From Harriotta raleighana (Eukaryota), in the NCBI GenBank assembly GCA_050575255.1, contig JBNZDD010013732.1:19875986-19939985 (forward strand): 64,000 bases of DNA, in the 5' to 3' direction. The notes below the pieces were generated by a model that worked only from the letters and a program-made list of their open reading frames with translations, did not search any database and was not told the origin of the DNA. Positions 48,181-61,653 of the stretch are shown here, piece by piece (within the stretch, counting starts at the first letter, position 1; each line of letters opens with the position of its first letter). The translations under genes were made by a program, and so were the position numbers.

Positions 48181-49401
48181 GTCTGTGGAAAAACGACAAC
48201 AAAACCAGTCTGAGCTGAGACACAACGGGGGAGAGTGCATGTGGTGGAGCAATGCTAGTCAGTAAAAGGCAAAAAAACACTTCCTTGCAACCCATATCCA
48301 AAATCACTCTTAATGAGCAAATCCAAAAGGAATGAAGCTTTACATATTGGAATCTGTGCTTTCCGCTGCTGCCAGACTTCAGCAAAAAACTATGGTACAA
48401 AGACAGGGGGGGAAATCTCTCTACTCCAAGAAAGGCACCACAAACGCAACCAGGTTCCAGGCTCTGGAGTGCTGGGGATTGGCACAATTCGGATCTCTGG
48501 GATTGTACATTGCTACCGTCAGTCAGCACGGTGTCCAAAATCATGGCACAAATGTCATCAAAAGCGACGTTATTAATGAGACCAGATTGAGCTTTCAACC
48601 CAAGTTTTTGACATTCACTTTGTCCAACCTGCATGTTCTCATCACAATAAAATGCTGCAGCTTGGGTCAAGGAAATGATCTGATCAATCACAGCCAAGGC
48701 ATTTCATTACTAGCTCTCAAGGTTTGTGGAGGAAAGGTCACGGTGGTGTTATTTAACCAGACCTTTTGCAAATACATTTTCGTTTGTTATTGAAATAGAT
48801 TTAACAGAGAATCAACGGGAAGGCTCCCTTTACAGCACGAGCCATGGGCCCAACGCACTGAGCCTTATACTTTGCTGATTGAAGAGTTTCACAGGTAAGA
48901 ATTACAAAGAACAAAATCCCCTTCTATTTTCATTATGTTCATAATGACAGTTATTCAGTGCTCCTTGCTGGAGAGTGAACACTTGTGGCCATTTGGATGA
49001 CTTCAACATTTACGCCCCAGGAATAAACAACCCTCTGCTCCATCTCCCTCCTCTCTCGTGGTTAAATAATAAAATGGTTTTGACTATCCAGGCTCATGTG
49101 TAGAGACTGGCAGGTTGCACTCTGTGCTGGGAATTGCCAGTGCTCACCACTCCGAACTCCCGGGAAGAGCTCTAGTGCTATCCGGGGAGAATAGGTGAGC
49201 AAAATGGACAGTGGCTATTGATCTTAGCGTGGAGATAATGCCTACATGATGCAGCCCAGCAGCCCAATCTGTGCACTAGTGAGTGTTGATCCCATGCAGT
49301 CTTATTCTGAGGGAGCAGTGGTATGGTTTGGCCGCAGTGAGAAATGAAAGCGTCACACTTGTGTGGCAGTGGGTGCTTGCCTGAGGGTGGGGCTGAGCAA
49401 T

Positions 49402-49590
49402 ATCAATCAATCAATCAATCAAAATTTTATTTATATAGTGCCTTTCACGTCGGAAGGACGTCCCAAGGCGCTGTACAGTCAAGTAAGGCGGGGGGAGAGG
49501 GCTCAGAGAAAGGAGTAGGAAAAATTGACTGTATATTTGTGGGCGAAACGCGGCAGCCAAATTGCGCACAGCAGTGTCCCACAAACACAC
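49402..49590 (-). mobile_element. Deu-SINE variant with L2-type tail ending in (TGAT)n
   Basis: (atca)n, tttatttatatagtgcctttcacgtcggaaggacgtcccaaggcgctg, then aaggagtaggaaaattgactgtatatttgtgggcgaaacgcggcagccaaattgcgcacagcagtgtcccacaaac. Confidence 0.85.
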
Positions 49591-49594
49591 ACAG

Positions 49595-49800
49595 AAATGG
49601 GGGAAAAAAGGGGGGGAAAAAATGGCAAGGGGGAAGAGATGGAGGGAAAAGCGGGGTGGGGAAAAATCAGGGGGCGGGGGGGGGGTTTAAACAACAACAA
49701 ACAACATCAACAACCATAAACAAGAAAGTAAATAACAATCAACAACAATAAACCAAAAACAACAACAATAGAAAAAAACAACAAGAACAATTTACAATAG
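49595..49800. repeat. G-run/A-run tract followed by (AAC)n-like tract
   Basis: ggggaaaaaagggggggaaaa...gggggcggggggggg then acaacaacaaacaacatcaacaacc. Confidence 0.75.
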
Positions 49801-51719
49801 CAACGTCATGGGAATTGTGGACTTCATGTCAGCTGAGGTTCACGTGATCTCGGAATGCTAAACGTAGCTCCCTGGGTATCAATAGGAAACCACTTCTCAC
49901 ACTGTGAACTGTGGGCAAAATACAAAAAGCTCCAATTCCCTCTGCACCACAGCACTCTGCAGAGTGTAGTACTACACTGGGAGTCTGAGAAATTCTAGGA
50001 GACTAGAAGTCCAAGAAATTGCCAGTAGTCTGCAGTCACTAAACTTTACCATGAATCCCACAAAGCTTTCTGAGATGTCCTCCTAAGATAAAAGCTGCTG
50101 CTGCAAATTTGTTATTATTCAATCCCGCCGTAGGTTAACATCCAGCCTCAGCAGCTCATCCCAGCTGGGGGCCTGGAGCCCGAGCAGAGATGGTTGATAG
50201 GAGAAGAAAAAGAAATTAAACTCAATTTTCCACAAATCTGCCCATTCCGCCAATACCTGCCATGTAGCTTCCTGTTTATTAACTGTGCGTAAATTACACT
50301 TTCTGCAACACTCCGAAGCTGCTTATTTTAAAAGCAATCTTTGCAATATTGTCTCTAAGTCCCACCCTTAAAATGACAACTTCCAGACCTGAAACACACA
50401 CACTCATGTCCAATTCTTTGTGGAAACACTTAGTAGCATTATTGAAAGATAGTTTCCTTCCCAAGTCTCATCCTCTCTCCTCCACGATGCGACATAAGGA
50501 GTTGAGACTACCAATGCTGCTCCCAGGTCCATGTGAATTCAAGAGTGTCTAAAGAGTTCCATGACAAAGACAAAATGCTAATAGATGTGCCTTTTCAAAC
50601 AACACAACACAGCTTTTAACACATGAAGTTGACAACTGCAATGAGAGTGGTGATAGGAATCTGATATTACACCTGTCTATCTTAATGATAGGCAATGGTA
50701 ATGAATGCTACATTAGATCCAATGCCAGCAAACAGGTACTATGCATTTGAAGAGTACATACCTCCACAGGCTTATGTTAGCCTATGATGGTAGGATAGCC
50801 GTTAGATATTTTACTGTAGCTAAATTTCAGTTACATTAAAGTTTCCTTCAGATTCCCTGCAGAAATAATGACAACAATCTTGACTACTGCTCTGATTTAC
50901 TGTTTAAGAATGGAGTAAGCAATGCAGTACAAAGAAATTCAGCAATGAAATGCTTAGAGATTCAATCCAGGAAATATTTTGGCCCACCACTATAAAAATG
51001 TTTCCCTTCCCCAAAATACAGGGTCTGGCACTCATGGCAGATTGAAGTCTCTCTATATCATCCCAGCTCCACAAACTGACACGGAAGATAGAGGCCGTCT
51101 ACTCGACACTCCAATCAGACAGCTTCCTTATTGATTACTTCTTAAACTTTGCAGCGCGAGTCATGTCTGCTGTGCTGCAGGAATTGCCATGGGCAGCGGA
51201 ACCTGTCAATCACACTGAGTGCTTTGAGCTGTCTGCGAGATGATAGACGTTAGGAATGTCACCACAGTAAATTACTAATCTGACCATCACGGGTCAGAAT
51301 AAGGGCTGCACCAAGTCGCAGCAGTGTTCACTCTCCTAGTGCCTCACAGAGTATTTACAGAACAGAAGCTTGTGTGCTTGCTTCACTGCATGGCCTGAGG
51401 CTTACCCACTGCTCCCCAGCAATGGGCCCGCTTGTATTAGCTCGCACCATTTAGGGAGTGAAGCATAGCATCAAGTCACACAAAATATGCATTTTCTATC
51501 AAAATTGTTTTGACATGAGCAATAATGAAGCCATCTGTGTACGGTCATCCTGAATTGAGGTTAGTCTGGATGGTTGAAGGAAATAAGTGGAAGGAGTGAA
51601 GTGGTGTGTTTCAGAAAAAAGACGAGGGAGTGAAAACATAGCCTGAAGGGCAGGTCACCCAAATGGGGTGGAGGAGATGTAAGGGAATAAATAAAAAAAA
51701 CACTAAAAGAGGAATGACG

Positions 51720-51895
51720 GGGTTAAGGCACTGGGATTTTTGAATAGAGATATTGAATATAAAGATAGAGATTTGTTGGAATTGTAAAGGACCTTGGTTT
51801 AGCTGCAGATTAAATACAATATTGTGTTTAAAACTGTGACATTATAAAACAGGGCATGATAGGTTGAATGGCCTCCTGTGCTGAAAATCTCCACG
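51720..51895 (+). mobile_element. CR1/L3 LINE fragments (internally deleted)
   Basis: gaatagagatattgaatataaagatagag...gaccttggtt (ORF2 piece) joined to gggcatgataggttgaatggcctcctgtgctg terminus. Confidence 0.6.
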
Positions 51896-54800
51896 TTTCT
51901 GTTTTCTCAATATGAATAGGTCACATATATATTACTGCTATTCATTCACACAGTCAATATTTCCGTATTTCAGCTCAAGATCTTCCTTTCAATATAAAAG
52001 AGGCTTAGATAAAGAAAAGTCAACACAGCCGTCAGCCTTGGCATCAGACCTCAAACCCACAGGTCAACTAACTATGCAGCCAATGAGCAACAAAGCTAGG
52101 AATTGGTTATGCTGGTCGGGTTTACAAGTCGTCTACAAATCGTCCACTACAACTGCTGGCTGTATGTTCCTTTTATGTCCAACGTTTTGTGGGTTAATAG
52201 ATTTATGTGTGGCACAGCACTTCACAACGCAAGACCTATAGTTCTCTATCACAGTGAAAGATTTATTACCCTCGCCAATTAAAGCTTTGGTATATTGGCT
52301 GAATCCGCTGAATTCAACCATTTCAGGGAATAACAAGAGATATCTTTCAGCGCAGACAGTCCTCAACCTTTAAACAAAGGTTGAACCTCATCTCCTTTTA
52401 AAAAAAATAGAAATTCCTAGGATTGTCCCAAACTGTTCCAACAACTTGTACTTAAGTACAGCGACTTTCATTTAATAAGAACACCTCGCAAAGTGTTTCC
52501 CAGATGTCAGTGGGCACAAGAAACCACACACAACAACTTGCAGTATACACAACCTTCACGTAGAATAATGACCAGGAGCACTTTAAAGTGGCTCTTTGCA
52601 GATTATCAAAGATGTAATCGAACACAGGAGTCGAAGGAGGGTTAACCAGAGGTTAAGAGTGTATAAATGGAAAGCTGATGGTGGCAGCGAGAGGAATAGA
52701 ATATTAAAAGTATTAATGAAAAGCACCCTCAAAATGGGGTGTCTTAATCTGTGTATGTGGGAGTGATGTGGCTGTTGTGGGAATCAATAGATGATCTGGC
52801 TGGATTTCTCACAAGAACAATTTACGTTAGATAACTGTGAACAGGTATATCTTGTAGAGATGGAGAACTTCAGCACTGAGCTGCGCTCAACTGCCAATAA
52901 CCATGAATTAAGAAGTGGAATATTTGAACCAGCATTATTTCTAACTATTCAGTGACCCCCATTCCTGACTATCAAAGCCCTTCACAGAATATACTGTAAA
53001 ATGAATATTAACTGTGGGTGCCCAGGACTGTTCCACTAACAACTGTGCATTGAAGTTGTAGTTGTTGTATAGTATGGATAGGGCATCTGTTCAAAGAAAG
53101 AGGTGGAGGATTTTCTTTATTTTTCATATGATTAGTTAAATATTTTTAGGGGAAAACTAGCACTATAGCCACCAATAAGTGTCAGTGGCCACTGTTTGAG
53201 AAGCACTGTTTAGACTCAAGCCTGTCCATCTCTCATATCAGGAAGTGACAAAGGTTCAGCCTGCAAACACACAACATGATCAAAAGGGCCAGAGTGCTCC
53301 TGTTGCCGGCAGTCACGGAAAAGAAGGAAAGGGACAGCTTTCTCAGCAGCAATATAATTCCACCATAGTTTAGCCTTTGGTGTTTTCTCAGAGGTGGTAG
53401 AGGTGGGATGTGGGGCTGTGGGGGGAAGAAGCCACGGTGGGTTTGGAGGAAAAGCCTGCTTTGTCTACTTATTTTTTCAACACAAAGAGTGACGCTAACC
53501 CCCAGTACAAACCCAACAATAACTAATTCACGGTGCCAGGAGCAGGGTTCACCTTGCAATGTGGTGCTTGACAGGAGAAGCACAGCTGTGGCTCAGTCCC
53601 CGCTACATTTCACCCAAAATACTACGGTCTTTGTTACATTTTCCTCTTCTCCGGCTGACTGCCTCAAGCCCAGCACCACACCAACATTCGTGTGGTTTTT
53701 CACTGCTGGTGTACAGCTTGTTTTCATATTCTGGCCCTCGCAGACAGACTCCTCCCAGTCTGGAACTCAAAGTGCTGTCCCTGCACATATACATCAATGT
53801 TTTCTGCTCTTCACAGACATACCAGCTAAGCCTTACACATGAATAATGGGGGATGTGGTAGCACTCAACGCCCAACACACTGCAGGATTCCGGGAGGACA
53901 AACTGTCTGTGCCGACAGGAACATGCAAAGATTTAGCCAATGATTTACATCTTGTTACTTCAGAATGGATTTTTTGCTGCAAGCAATTGTGAGAGCGAGG
54001 GTGGGAGAAAGCTGTGTCCTATCTCATCCGCTCTGGCACAAAGCTCAGGCCTGCAGCTCCAGTATGTTGACTAGACAGGGGTGGTCACAAATCAATCCTA
54101 TTTGGAGAGGTGCAGCATGTTCATTTGCTGGTTTTAGCAATCCAAGTGATACGTTGATTTTCATTCTTGCATGGTCAAAGTTACTCTGTGTGTTTCTGCC
54201 ATGTAATATTATATAATTACAAGAGAAAGGGAGTTGCAGTGCTCTCACAACAAAACCCGATGTGACCTTACATTTATCTTGGTGCCCTCAAGGGCAAAAT
54301 TCACTGTCAGTGGTACATACCCTTTGGAATGAGGTTCAACTATTCCATCTGTTGACAAATATGGAATTCTATGGTGTGAAGAGAAGCTCGGCCTAAAAAA
54401 AGACGCACCATCTCTAAAAGTTAATTCTGTGAAGCGATTTGACATGAAAGGTCCTGTGTCAAATGCCAGGATTATAATTATCATAATTACTATTATAATA
54501 ATGAATCAATCAATCACCAAAATTTAATTTTTTCAGTAACAATGCTTTCCATATCTAGCCAATTGTATTAAGATGCAAGAATGCAAAGGGAGTGATACAC
54601 TCCCATAAATCTTTCTAAGGAATCAAATGTTTTTTTCAGTCCTCTTTCCTGCTATCTTGTTCCCTTACTCCTCATCTCCTGAAGCAGCTGATTCAAACTT
54701 CCCCTCAATAATAATCCTTGCATTTGATATGGTGTCTTATCGCATAGTTGTGACATGCTAGAGATCACCTCAGAGCTAACACAGCACAGCGAGTAACATA

Positions 54801-57574
54801 TCTGAAAAGCAGTAGAACGTGCCCAAAGAGGCCATCCAAGTTTAAATGTCAGTCAAATTCCGAAAGATTATATTCTGGAGGCCCAAAGAATCCTTTCACT
54901 GACAGAGCGAAGTGTTACTGATCAGAACGTCTCCTTACCCCCGGAATGCAATGTCAGAATATGAAGATCTAAGTCTAAGAGGTTGTCAGAACTCCTTTGA
55001 AGTTTAAATGCTTCTGCTTTAGACAACTAGCATACACTGAGCTCAAATTGGAGATCGCTTGTACAAGCCACCCAGCAGTCTGCTCCTAACAGCGGTAATA
55101 CCGGGAGGCAAGCCAGGCACAGGTAACAGTGTAACTAATATCCTAAAAAAATTACCTTTTAAAAAGTAAAGTAAACTTCAAAAACCACAGACCAGCTATT
55201 ACCTGCACCTATAGGCAGTTTCACTTCACCTTGTCACTGTGCTTTGAACACCCACATAATGTTACATTTTGGGGATTTTCCACCGTAAGTGAACTTTCCT
55301 TCAATGCCTTTGGGGCTGAAAACAGACTCATCGGAGAAAAATGGGCAGAAATATGGGTGGGCCATTGCTCGAAATACAATATACACTCCACTGACCTTCT
55401 ACAAAGAGATATTGCTTTGCCAGCTGACTTTTCCCCTGATGTGTTTTCTGTTCAGTGCATTTTTGACAATTTTCAGGCAAATTAACTTTCTTACTGAACA
55501 TCCCAAAAATAATCACAAATGTCATGGTGACAAAAATCTGACATAACAAAAGATCTTCAGTTTCAAGCAACACAAATAATAGAAACATTATCTCCATTGT
55601 TTTCAACAATGACATGAATTTATGTCGGTAAAGGTGGCAAATGAAATATTGCAGTCTAATTTGTGATATTTCTTAGTGGATTGTCTTGGATGGATGTATT
55701 TCCAATTATCGGAAAGAGTTCCATTTGAGCGACTCGGATTTCTTATTAAAGAATCCCATTAAGAGCTATCGCAAACTTCTTCCTTATCTGTGTCACCCAT
55801 CTTCGGCATTAAATACTCCCAAATTATTCACTTTAGATAATGTAAAGCTCCTTCTATGTGGCTCACAACATTGCAACTCAGCTCTAACCAAAGCGGATCA
55901 TCCCTACTGGACTGTAACCCTCCTACGCTGTGCCACAGTCTGACACTGGCACATTGCTGCTGTGCTGGGCAACAGACCAAACACACTTCACTTGGGACTC
56001 ATGCAGCAAAAGAGAACAACAGATCGTCATGCCACTATTGTGGAACATGGTACCAGGATTGAAACAAAACACCTCCTTGTCTATAAACTAAACACAACAG
56101 GCTTTGCATTTGCTATAATCCACACGGGTAGCGAAAGTGACTGGAATACGGTGCTCAAACACCATTTGAATAATATGAATTTAGCACTCACGGCAACAAT
56201 AAGAATTAGGAGAGATTTAGTGGCTGTTTGACAATATAGAAGCAATGGAATTCATTTCATGTGTGAAATTTTAAGACCAACTACCAATAAACAGTGAGTG
56301 GTTTCAGATGGCTGAGCTTTATTGTCTGAAGGATTAGCAGCGATTAATGCAAGAGCCATTAAAAGAATCATCATCATCTGCAGGTCCATCACCCAGTTCC
56401 TTCTGGAGTGTGTAATTTTTATTGGTGCTTCTCCACATAGGCTTTTGTAATATTTACCCTGAACACCACCTTTGTCATGGATCGTAATTCAGCACCAGCC
56501 AAAGCCTGGGGTGCGTGGATGAGGCTTTTCTGGCAGGTATGCAAAGTCTCCTGGAGTGAAACTGACTCCCAATTGGTAATATGTCCTCTGTCTTACTCAA
56601 TATCACACATAAATAAATTAAATGGCTATGCATCCCAGTTAATCTGTGTCAGTTAACAAACATTCTTCAGGCAAATGTTGAACACAGTCTACGAGGGTTT
56701 TGGCCATTGCTATACTGGGAGAAAGGGGGTTGGGGTGACATTTGGGAAAGAGGGATTGGGTGTCAAGTAGTTTATGGTGAAATAAATAAATAGCCTCAGC
56801 CATTGCCAATTATCTGCCTGAATGTTTTTTTCAAAGCAGGAAAGCTTTATGAGTTGGGGAGTTTGTGAGATTACTTTGCTACTGTTACTTTTATAATCTG
56901 AATGGATCAATTCATTGTGCTTACACACACACAGATTTAATGCCCAAGAAAGGAAGGACTAATAACTATCAAGTGGAAATACTTACTTTAGGACCATCTC
57001 CAGTAAGATCTTATATATATTCCCAGTTAACCAAACGTTTGGTGCTGGCTTGAGAAAAATAATATATTGACCCCATGTTCAATAAATGAGGCTGCATTTG
57101 ATTCTACCAGACCTGATACATAAATATCTACAAGTAAACTGCAGTTTTGGCCCTGTTGCCTAGGCCTTGACAATAAAAACCTTGGCAATGCTCACACCTA
57201 TTTGTGCTGGCCCACATATCACGGTAACTTGACCAGGACCTAGCATTACCTGGCAAAACAGCTACTAATTTAAAAAAATCTATTCTATTTAGTATCTGTA
57301 TTCCAGATATTCTACATCCTGCCAAGTGTACACCTGGAAAATAAGAGAAGTCACAGTCCATGCACAGTTAAACATTATACACTACCTTCCTAAGCAAAAG
57401 CAGCCAGTACAACCTATTATTTCTCCTTTTTATAATGCTACACCAGGCAGAATAACAAAATCAATTTAAGAGGGTAGTCTGCATTCCAATCAGTTTATAA
57501 TTTACCAAAATTCACCAACATTTCAAGCCTTGATCCCTGTCTCATACCTTTATAAATATATTATATTGCAGCTA

Positions 57575-58112
57575 GTATAATAATAATCCTTGTATTTGAT
57601 ATAGCATCTCATCAGATCATCGAGACGTCTGAAAGCGTTCCACAATATATACAGTAAGTGGAATGACTGTGTATGGGCAAAACATGGCAGCCAGTATGTG
57701 CACAGCAATGACTCACAAACAGCCATGGAGAAAATGACCATTCTACATTGTGGATTGTTAGCCAGGAAACCAGGAGAACCTTCCTTCTCTTTTCAAATAG
57801 TGCCATGGGATCTTTGACATCCAGCTACACAGGCAAGAGGGGACTTTGGTTGACGTCTCATGCAAAGGACAGTACATCTGACAAAGCAACGCAACCCCAG
57901 TGTTGGCGGGAGTCTTGAGCCTAAGAGTGCGTGTGGAGCCGAGGACCCGCGTGTGCAGAGTACAATGTGAAGGTGGGTGGGGGGTGGGGGGGTGGTGAAT
58001 TGAAAACGTTGCTGAGTTAGGCGGGAGCCGCTATTCAAAGTTTGGAATCACTGGCTTAGACCATGTGATTCCAAATCCCAACACGGAACTTGTATCCAAA
58101 ACCTTCTGACTC
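57575..58112 (-). mobile_element. Old Deu-SINE, interrupted by ~170-bp insert
   Basis: Tail aataatccttgtatttgatatagc at 57578, core ttcaaatagtgccatgggatctttgacatcca, head ggaacttgtatccaaaaccttctgactc at ~58085-58112. Confidence 0.72.
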
Positions 58113-59179
58113 CCAACGTGAAGGGCACTCTGTATCTGTAATTTTGTTGTTGTTGTTGCTTTCACTGAGCCAGGATAGCACACAAAACACTGCAAACAAA
58201 TGTAGCTATCAAGGCACAGATTAGTGATGAAAACACCTGTACCTTGTCAAAAAGGCAGAATTTGTTCATGTTGTCATTTTTTCAGACAAGAACACATCAA
58301 TGCTGGTTGGATGAGCTTGGAGCTTAAGTATGAAGTTAGAACAAAAGATCACCCCATTTACATCAGTTTCTTCTTTTGGGCAAAAAGGAATCGATTTGAT
58401 GAATGCTTCACCATCAAAGATCAAGTTAAGGGGAGCCTGGTCTCTTCCCTTTAAACTGACCTTCAAGCAACCGAGCAAACAATGAGGAACTGGCGACAAT
58501 ATCACGTGTTACAATAAAGCAGTGTTTCTTCTGCAGTCAGACAAGGGATCTGCTCATGTGCTCGGCTGAGCATCAGCAGCTCAAACAGTGAAAAGTACCA
58601 GATTTATGGGAATCACAATATTGTGTCACACAACACACTCGGCACTGACTGACTCACTGGTAACAAATAATAATAGTGTCAGCTCCACATCAATCATTTA
58701 ACCTGAGTCAAATCCATCAGTGTATTACTCTGGTAAACATTTGTGGCACTTATTAAATTTGTTAGCATTCATTAAGGCACTCTAAGCGACCACTCGAACA
58801 CTACTGAATCTAATTAACTCCTGCTAAAATACTCAAACTGATTCAATTCACAAAACACTATTTTCACAGATTGCATGTAAAAGTTCATATTGTGAGTGTT
58901 TCTTCCCAGTTTAATTAATAGTGAATGGCCAAACAATGCAGACAATTAGCAAAGGCCAAAGCAATCTCTGCTCCCTGCAGGATCTCAGCATTCTTGCCGT
59001 GTTGGAATGATAGCTTGCATTGCGCAAGTAGTATTCCACTTCTGATTGCGAAGGCTTTGGAAATGCTGTGGCAAACATTTCAGCTCCACACAAGTCCACA
59101 TCCATGTGATTTTCCCTCCTGCTCAGATGCAAATATGCAGTCTATCTATGTGTGCATATTTGTATGTGTGCATGTTTGC

Positions 59180-59292
59180 ATAATAATAAGCCTTGTGTTT
59201 GATGGAAGTGCCTTATCACATCTTGGAGACATCTCAAAATGCTTCACAGAATATATTGTAAAGTGAATTGACTATATACTTTTATGGGCTAA
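59180..59292 (-). mobile_element. Deu-SINE 3' fragment followed by (TG)n
   Basis: gtgccttatcacatcttggagacatctcaaaatgcttcacagaatatattgtaaagtgaattgact. Confidence 0.75.
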
Positions 59293-59713
59293 ACTTTTGT
59301 GTGCAGCATGCATGTGCAGTGTGCGTGTGTAAGTGTGTGTATGTGTGTGCATGTGTGTACGTTTGTAGTATGTTTAGTGCAGTACACTCAGCTACATATC
59401 GCCTTTTCTCTTCAGCTTTTCAAGTTATTGGGATTTACACTTCGAATAGCAGGGAAAAATAATTACCTTTCACTTCCCAAGAAAGATTAAAGAGATTAGC
59501 AAGTCAAATGGACACAAAATAAGGCAGGATAAGGCAGGGTTCATTTGGTTTTAACACATACAATGTTGATCTAGTATAAAGAGATCATTATCAATTATTG
59601 TTTAGATTCATGTGAATGAAATTTCATGTGCGGTGAAACTCTAGGCAACCGGTTCTGTAGACTAAATTTCCTTTTTTCTGTTTGTTTTCATTATCTACCG
59701 ATAGTAGTAATAG

Positions 59714-59820
59714 TGATAATAATCCTTTGATATAGTCTTACTTATCACACCGTCAAGATGTCTCAAAGTTCTTCCTAGGACATATTGTGAAGTGGATTAA
59801 CTGTGTATTTTGTGGGCAAA
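59714..59820 (-). mobile_element. Deu-SINE 3' fragment
   Basis: aataatcctttgatatag...atgtctcaaagttcttc...actgtgtattttgtgggcaaa. Confidence 0.6.
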
Positions 59821-60129
59821 AGTAGAAAAAGTTCACTTGTTATAATTCATTCCCAATAAAAAGTTTGCCAAGAAATCTAACACTCAATTTTATTTTAAAA
59901 AAAAGCATGTAACAGAATACTTAGCACTGAAGTACCAATAAATGGTTGGAAGCAGTTTATGCCAGTATCTCTACAGGTAGTGAGTTTAAAAGGAGAGCAC
60001 GCACTTTGTCCTATAAGGCAAGATAATCAATCAAAAATCACAAAAAAATGGGAGTGAAGCTTTGTAACTTTGTAACTCCTGTATGTCTCTGTACTGACAA
60101 GGTGTCAGACAATCAAATTTACAGAAGTA

Positions 60130-60250
60130 ATAATGATAATAACACTGCCTTTCACATCAGGATGACATCTCAAATTGCTTCACAGGACTTTACTGTAAAG
60201 CAGTGTCTATATTTTGTAGGCAAAACTGGCAATCAATTTGCACACGCCAA
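60130..60250 (-). mobile_element. Deu-SINE 3' fragment
   Basis: gcctttcacatcaggatgacatctcaaattgcttcacag...attttgtaggcaaaactggcaatcaatttgcaca. Confidence 0.62.
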
Positions 60251-60978
60251 TGTTCCACTAGAAGCTGTCAATTTTATCAAAGAGATTGTTGACCAGATCA
60301 CTGGGAGAAAACTGCATTATCTAAGTAAGGAGTTAAAAAAGCGGATGAGAACGAATGAGAGAAACATGTAGTAATCCTGCTCAAATCAGATTAATCCCGG
60401 GCTGGGTAAGTGTTATCGGTCAGATCGCTGGAGGAAGTCGGTTTCCTGATAAATACTATCACAAGAAAGTACTGCAAACTGAAAAGTGTAAAGCTGGTTT
60501 ATAATCTGTGATAGTAAGCCATGGATCAATGTGTCAGGACAACAGCCTAACAAACATGGGCAGCAATTTCAAAGCCAAGCCATATTTTGATCATAAAAAT
60601 GTAGGTGAAGCTTGAATATTGACAGCATTTTTCTCTTTACAGTTTCATACCACAAAATGGACACTTGCTGCACTGACATACCAGCGTGTATCTTTTGTGG
60701 GTTCTTTCATGGAATTTGTGCCAACACTGGGCTCGTCCTGTTCTTACATTCCAGCCTATTGCTCAGCAGCTGCTTTAACTCACTTGGTAGAAAAATCGAG
60801 AACACTTACAGAATGACTGTAGGGCAGCGCAATAACAATGACCAGATCTCTGGGCCATTCTGCAATTACTTGCTATAATGATGAGCATGAACCAATCCTG
60901 GCTGGGCTGGTTCGTTTAAATAAAGCTCGCCCAGCAAATGCACGAAGATCATTAGAACCCTGAGAGAAGAGCAAAATA

Positions 60979-61653
60979 CAATAAAACCCCGTTTATCCGT
61001 GACTCGATGAACCGGAAACCCCATTGATCCGGAACCTCCAAAAAAAAAGTCCTGATTCGATAAACCGCAAATTATCCGGCAGAATAGTGATGACGCATTT
61101 AATGAATTGATTGTCGCATGCGAGTACTGGTGTAGGTACTAGCCTGGCCACTAGTCGAGCCTAAAATCACACTACTGCCGTTGTTTTAAAAAGTCGCGAT
61201 ACTGCCCTTTTTAAAAAAAAGTCGCACAACTGCTGCTTGGTTTTCCTCCCATGGCGGCCATTGCAGAAGTTAAGTATCAATAATAACATACTAATACAAT
61301 ATTCTATTATTACAGTATCTGTTATTAGTGTGTTTAGTGTATTATTTGTATAGTATTGTTCAACATTTACAATAAAGTAGCCATAGAATATTCTGGTATT
61401 GCAGAATCCGTTATTACTGTATTTACTCTATGATTTATATGGTACAGTGTAAACATGTACAATAAAATACCCATACAATATTGTTATTATCTGTTATTAT
61501 TTAGTCTATTATTAATATGGTATGTGATAAAATAATTTTTAATTTAAAAAAATTTCTTTAAAAAAATTGTTTTTAGAAGAAACGTTCAAACAGAAAACCA
61601 TTTAACCACCACTGGCCAGGTCCCGTGGGTGCTGGATAAATGGGGTTTTACTG
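60979..61653. mobile_element. Non-autonomous pogo/Tigger-like DNA transposon (MITE C, copy 2)
   Basis: TA|CAATAAAACCCCGTTTATCCG ... CTGGATAAATGGGGTTTTACTG|TA; colinear with 32215-32838. Confidence 0.9.

Noticed and set aside
47924-48697. Longest ORF (257 aa, minus strand)
   Set aside because: C-terminal half is a translation of the GA-rich low-complexity tract (F/S/L-rich); non-ATG start; no recognisable domain
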